Below, in pieces: positions 16,480-18,621 of a stretch of DNA of 18,621 bases. A program made the translations under genes and the position numbers. The DNA is taken from assembly GCA_038203565.1 (NCBI GenBank), contig JBBRDV010000023.1:1-18621 (forward strand), in the 5' to 3' direction. The notes beneath the pieces were generated by a model. It was given only the letters and a program-made list of their open reading frames with translations, had not been told where the DNA came from and searched no databases. Every line of letters starts with the position of its first letter. The stretch's first letter is position 1. Source of the DNA: Atribacterota bacterium (GTDB lineage: Bacteria; Atribacterota; Phoenicimicrobiia; Phoenicimicrobiales; Phoenicimicrobiaceae).

Positions 16480-17760
16480 ATGTCTATACTCATGTTGTTT
16501 GCACTCCTGTTTATACTGATGTTTCTTGGTGCAGAAATATTTTTGTCCATGGGTATTGCCGCCGCCACTTATTTACTTGTGACTGGAAATGCGCCGCTTA
16601 CACTTATACCAACAAGCATGATAAACGGCATGACCAACACTTCATTGATTGCTATTCCTTTTTTTATACTGGCTGGAGAGTTGATGAATATTTCCGGGAT
16701 GACCTTGAGAGTTGTAAAATTTGCCCGTTTTTTTATTGGAAAATGGAAGGGTGGTCTTTCCTACACCTGCGTTATAGTTAATATTATAACAGCCGGAGTG
16801 TCCGGTTCGGCACCTGCTGACTGCAGTGCAGTTTCGTCAGTTTTGTTGCCGGTTATGAAAAAAGAAGGATACCCGGAGGATTTTTCAGCAGCTATCAACG
16901 CATCTGCGGCTACAATCGGGCCAATTATTCCACCCAGTATACCCATGGTGTTCATCGGACTTCTAACAGATCTGTCTATAGGACGCCTTTTCTTAGGGGG
17001 TGTTATCCCGGGATTTTTAATGGGTGGTGCTCTTATGTTGATTTGTTACTTGAAGGTTAAAAAAATGAATCTGGGGGTATACGAGCATGAACAGTCATTT
17101 AAAATCTTTTTGGAGACACTCAAGGACTCCTTTTTGGCACTTATGGCCCCCATTATTATCATTCTTGGTGTTATTACCGGTCTTGTTACTATTACTGAGG
17201 TTGCAATGCTTGCGACAGCATATGTTCTTATCATCGGTGTATTTGTCTACAAGACAATAGCCATAAAGGACATTTTGAATATATTTAAAAATTCAGTCTT
17301 GTTTTCATCTTCGATTATGGCGCTGTTCTCTATAGCATTTATTTTTTCATGGTTTATTTCCGTAGAAGGGTTAGGTAAACAATTGGGAGCATATGTTCTT
17401 TCTATGAATATGTCACCCCTAATGTTCCTGATCTTTGTCAACTTTTTATTTATTTTTCTAGGAATGATTATAGACGCAATACCTGCAATGCTTATCTTTG
17501 TGCCTGTGATTCTTCCTATAGCGACAGCACTGGGCATAGATCCTATTCATATTAGCGTGGTTATTGTCACCAACCTTATGATAGGTTTGCTAACACCTCC
17601 GGTTGGCGGACTACTTTATTTGGAGGCAAAGATCGCCAATGTACCAGTTGATAGACTGATAAAGGAACTTGTACCATTTATTTTGGTGCTATTTGCAGTT
17701 GTAGCCTTAATGACGTTTGTTCCATCAATAGTCACTTTTATACCCAATCTGTTATTTTAG
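16480..17760 (+). CDS. dctM: TRAP transporter large permease
   Basis: 426 aa with AIPFFILAGELM, GVSGSA.AD, IIPPSI and GLLTPPVG. Confidence 0.95.
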   Translation: MSILMLFALLFILMFLGAEIFLSMGIAAATYLLVTGNAPLTLIPTSMINGMTNTSLIAIPFFILAGELMNISGMTLRVVKFARFFIGKWKGGLSYTCVIVNIITAGVSGSAPADCSAVSSVLLPVMKKEGYPEDFSAAINASAATIGPIIPPSIPMVFIGLLTDLSIGRLFLGGVIPGFLMGGALMLICYLKVKKMNLGVYEHEQSFKIFLETLKDSFLALMAPIIIILGVITGLVTITEVAMLATAYVLIIGVFVYKTIAIKDILNIFKNSVLFSSSIMALFSIAFIFSWFISVEGLGKQLGAYVLSMNMSPLMFLIFVNFLFIFLGMIIDAIPAMLIFVPVILPIATALGIDPIHISVVIVTNLMIGLLTPPVGGLLYLEAKIANVPVDRLIKELVPFILVLFAVVALMTFVPSIVTFIPNLLF

Positions 17761-17772
17761 GAGGCCGGTGAG

Positions 17773-18243
17773 ATGAAAAAAGCTTTGGATATTTTATCTA
17801 ATGTATTACAAACAATATCAGGAAGTTTGTTTTTATTTATTTTCATCGTCAATGTAGCCGGAATTATATGCAGGACTTTTTTAAATTTTTCGCTTTTATG
17901 GGTGGCTGATGCATGTTATCTATCCATTGCATGGATGCTGGCACTCGGCATGTCTGCCGCCATTTATAAAAAAGGGCACATAACTATAGAATTTATAAGA
18001 GACAAGTTTCCCCAAAAGGTCAAAAAAGTACTGGAGATCGTTCTGACTCTCATTATGATAGTTTTCCTTATTAACCTTATTTTTTCAGGGTGGGAAACCG
18101 TTATAATGAAGATGCGTATCTATTTCGTTGTCCTCAATATACCCACGGCCTATGCTTTTATGGCTCTTCCCGTATTTGCATTTTTTTCTGCAATATTTAT
18201 GACCTACAGACTCGTAAATATAACACTCTCGAAGGAAGAATAA
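17773..18243 (+). CDS. dctQ: TRAP transporter small permease
   Basis: 156 aa with four TM segments, the R.F.N.SL.W pattern and GHITIE, adjacent to dctM. Confidence 0.9.
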   Translation: MKKALDILSNVLQTISGSLFLFIFIVNVAGIICRTFLNFSLLWVADACYLSIAWMLALGMSAAIYKKGHITIEFIRDKFPQKVKKVLEIVLTLIMIVFLINLIFSGWETVIMKMRIYFVVLNIPTAYAFMALPVFAFFSAIFMTYRLVNITLSKEE

Positions 18244-18274
18244 TTAAAAAGCCAGCAAAGATATAAAAATAAAG

Positions 18275-18315
18275 AAAAAAGGTGTCTAAACCCTATGAAT
18301 TTAGCCACCCTTTTT
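18275..18315 (+). terminator. Probable intrinsic terminator ending the TRAP cluster
   Basis: AAAAAA-GGTGtCTAAA-loop-TTTAGcCACC-CTTTTT. It may be bidirectional. Confidence 0.6.
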
Positions 18316-18330
18316 AGTAATTTCAAAAAT

Positions 18331-18511
18331 AAATTTATACACCACCTTAAAGGTTTTCTAACAGAAGATAGAGATTATATTGTTAGAAAAGAGTTAAAAA
18401 AGGTTGCATAAAAAAGTTAAACTATCTTTCGAAATTCCCGGTGGTTCACGAATTTGTTTGTTTAATGAGCCCTCAGGGGTAACTCTGGTTATGCTTGAGA
18501 AGAAAAACTAA
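18331..18511 (+). pseudogene. Frameshifted 3' fragment of a VOC (glyoxalase/epimerase) family gene
   Basis: One frame reads KFIHHLKGFLTEDRDYIVRKELKKVA* (stop 18409-18411). The next frame reads KKVKLSFEIPGGSRICLFNEPSGVTLVMLEKKN* (stop 18509-18511). Together they resemble the VOC pattern HH..F...D......L...G...F.DP.G..LE. Confidence 0.55.
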
Positions 18512-18540
18512 AATATTTCGAGGATTTGCCTTTAAAAAAG

Positions 18541-18565
18541 AGGATTTTTAATTATTTTGCAGAAT
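18541..18565 (+). promoter_or_regulatory. Putative SigH-like promoter for a gene beyond the window
   Basis: AGGA-N17-GAAT, sharing a 17-nt identical string with the site at 3362-3378. Confidence 0.5.
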
Positions 18566-18621
18566 ATAGATATATAACAACCTAAAATTATTTAGAATAA
18601 TTTGGATAATGAAGAGTTAAA

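Noticed and set aside
653..17537. Short antisense or off-frame ORFs in the track (653-841, 1604-1786, 2138-2326, 6626-7799 set, 10395-10670, 11879-12115, 12641-12823, 13160-13345, 14556-14744, 15168-16255 set, 16761-17537 set)
   Set aside because: All overlap well-supported genes and show no recognisable motifs, so they are shadow ORFs.
1..18621. CRISPR arrays, tRNA/rRNA genes, intact IS/integrase or defence systems
   Set aside because: No regularly spaced repeats, tRNA-like or rRNA-like sequence, or transposase/recombinase motifs were seen on reading.

Overview
AT-rich bacterial window, probably from an anaerobe. The style resembles Atribacterota/Firmicutes-like genomes, but this cannot be confirmed from sequence alone. 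Left to right it contains: (1) a truncated heavy-metal P-type ATPase joined to the tail of an old-yellow-enzyme gene; (2) a Nim/PNPOx-like gene, a probable YbaK remnant and an MFS transporter; (3) a c-di-GMP module, in which a c-di-GMP-I riboswitch on the minus strand leads a 78-aa exported Cys-containing protein, back-to-back with a PAS-GAF-GGDEF diguanylate cyclase; (4) an asparaginase-like gene, a marR-MATE operon with a perfect sigma70 promoter and palindromic operator, pyk and a CGGC-domain gene; (5) a roughly 7.4 kb amino-sugar catabolic cluster (FadR/GntR, dctP, cupin, UPF0309-type SIS protein, nagB-like, nagA, dctM, dctQ). That cluster has no kinase and is bracketed by two broken genes, a methyltransferase 5' fragment and a VOC 3' fragment. 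The best candidates for new biology are the riboswitch/small protein/cyclase module and the TRAP-SIS-cupin-NagAB pathway. All family assignments come from motif recognition by eye; no searches were run.
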